Of a stretch of 64,000 nt of DNA, positions 63,504 to 64,000 are shown piece after piece. The notes below the pieces were generated by a model. That model did not search any database. It saw only the letters and a list, made by a program, of their open reading frames with translations, and was not told the DNA's origin. The stretch is from Macrostomum lignano (Eukaryota). The stretch lies in contig NIVC01000725.1 in the NCBI GenBank assembly GCA_002269645.1, positions 582,269-646,268 on the forward strand. Direction: 5' to 3'. Numbering within the stretch: position 1 is the first letter of the stretch; every line of letters begins with the position of its first letter. A program made the position numbers and the translations under genes.

Positions 63504-64000
63504 GATTCAGCGATTGGCTTTAGAGTTAAAAAATAACTGCGCGAAAACACTGCTTGCTCAGAAGCGCGGCTGGAATAAAATACCCCCAGCCGGCGGAGGG
63601 GCCCACCCAACCAACACGAGACAATGTAATTGCCTCTCCCCCAAATTGCGACATCTTCAATTCCCCACCGAGCTAGTGACGTCATTAAGTTCGAAGCCAT
63701 CATCTTCGGCGTTAACTGCTAGAACTTCTTCGAAGAGTCAGCTTTTCCTGAGAGCTTGAGTATTTGATTGGTTAGGTGAGAGCCTACTTGAACCTGCTTA
63801 GCTGGGATGGTCGTCAATGTTATCCAGACCCACCAGCAGCGTCCCTTTTATCGGCTTAAACGCAGTGTATGACTTCAAGATCGTGGGACTGCAGCTCGTC
63901 TAGCAAATAATAAGAAAACAATTGCTAACAGATATGTACATATACTGTACTCAGCAACATTGAAAAGTCGCCAGCCTTTGTCCCAGTGAGCAGTGTCTTT

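Overview
Eukaryotic (animal) genomic DNA. GC-rich exons are scattered in AT-rich spacers, and about a third of the window is mini/microsatellite. The style suggests a repeat-rich invertebrate such as a macrostomid flatworm (inference only). Genes supported by hand-traced GT-AG exons: (1) a couch potato/RBPMS/MEC-8-type RRM gene on - (about 6192 to 1600, probably continuing beyond the left edge); (2,3) two intact, head-to-head inverted copies of the mitochondrial citrate carrier SLC25A1 (15050-13293 on -, 19681-21618 on +), whose 5' 1.5 kb is about 98% identical, introns included, while the last intron and exon have diverged, with a foldback structure near the middle of the spacer; (4) an N-acylated (MGC-) globin X-like gene on - (37419-25468) with very large repeat-filled introns; (5) a partial coiled-coil gene on + (50584-53376); (6) an intronless TRAF gene on + (56608-58256) with one frameshift and an H/C-swapped RING. 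Mobile DNA: a nested Tc1/IS630 cluster (40.3-43.7 kb) carrying a LINE fragment with a 12-bp TSD and an unknown TIR element, two hAT-like MITEs with 8-bp TSDs, a long-TIR MITE, an RNase H-bearing LINE fragment, a piggyBac fragment, two tRNA-like SINE heads and a decayed DIRS/Ngaro tyrosine-recombinase retroelement (59.9-63.5 kb). Most long ORFs in the supplied track are artefacts of tandem repeats. All coordinates and counts were read by eye.
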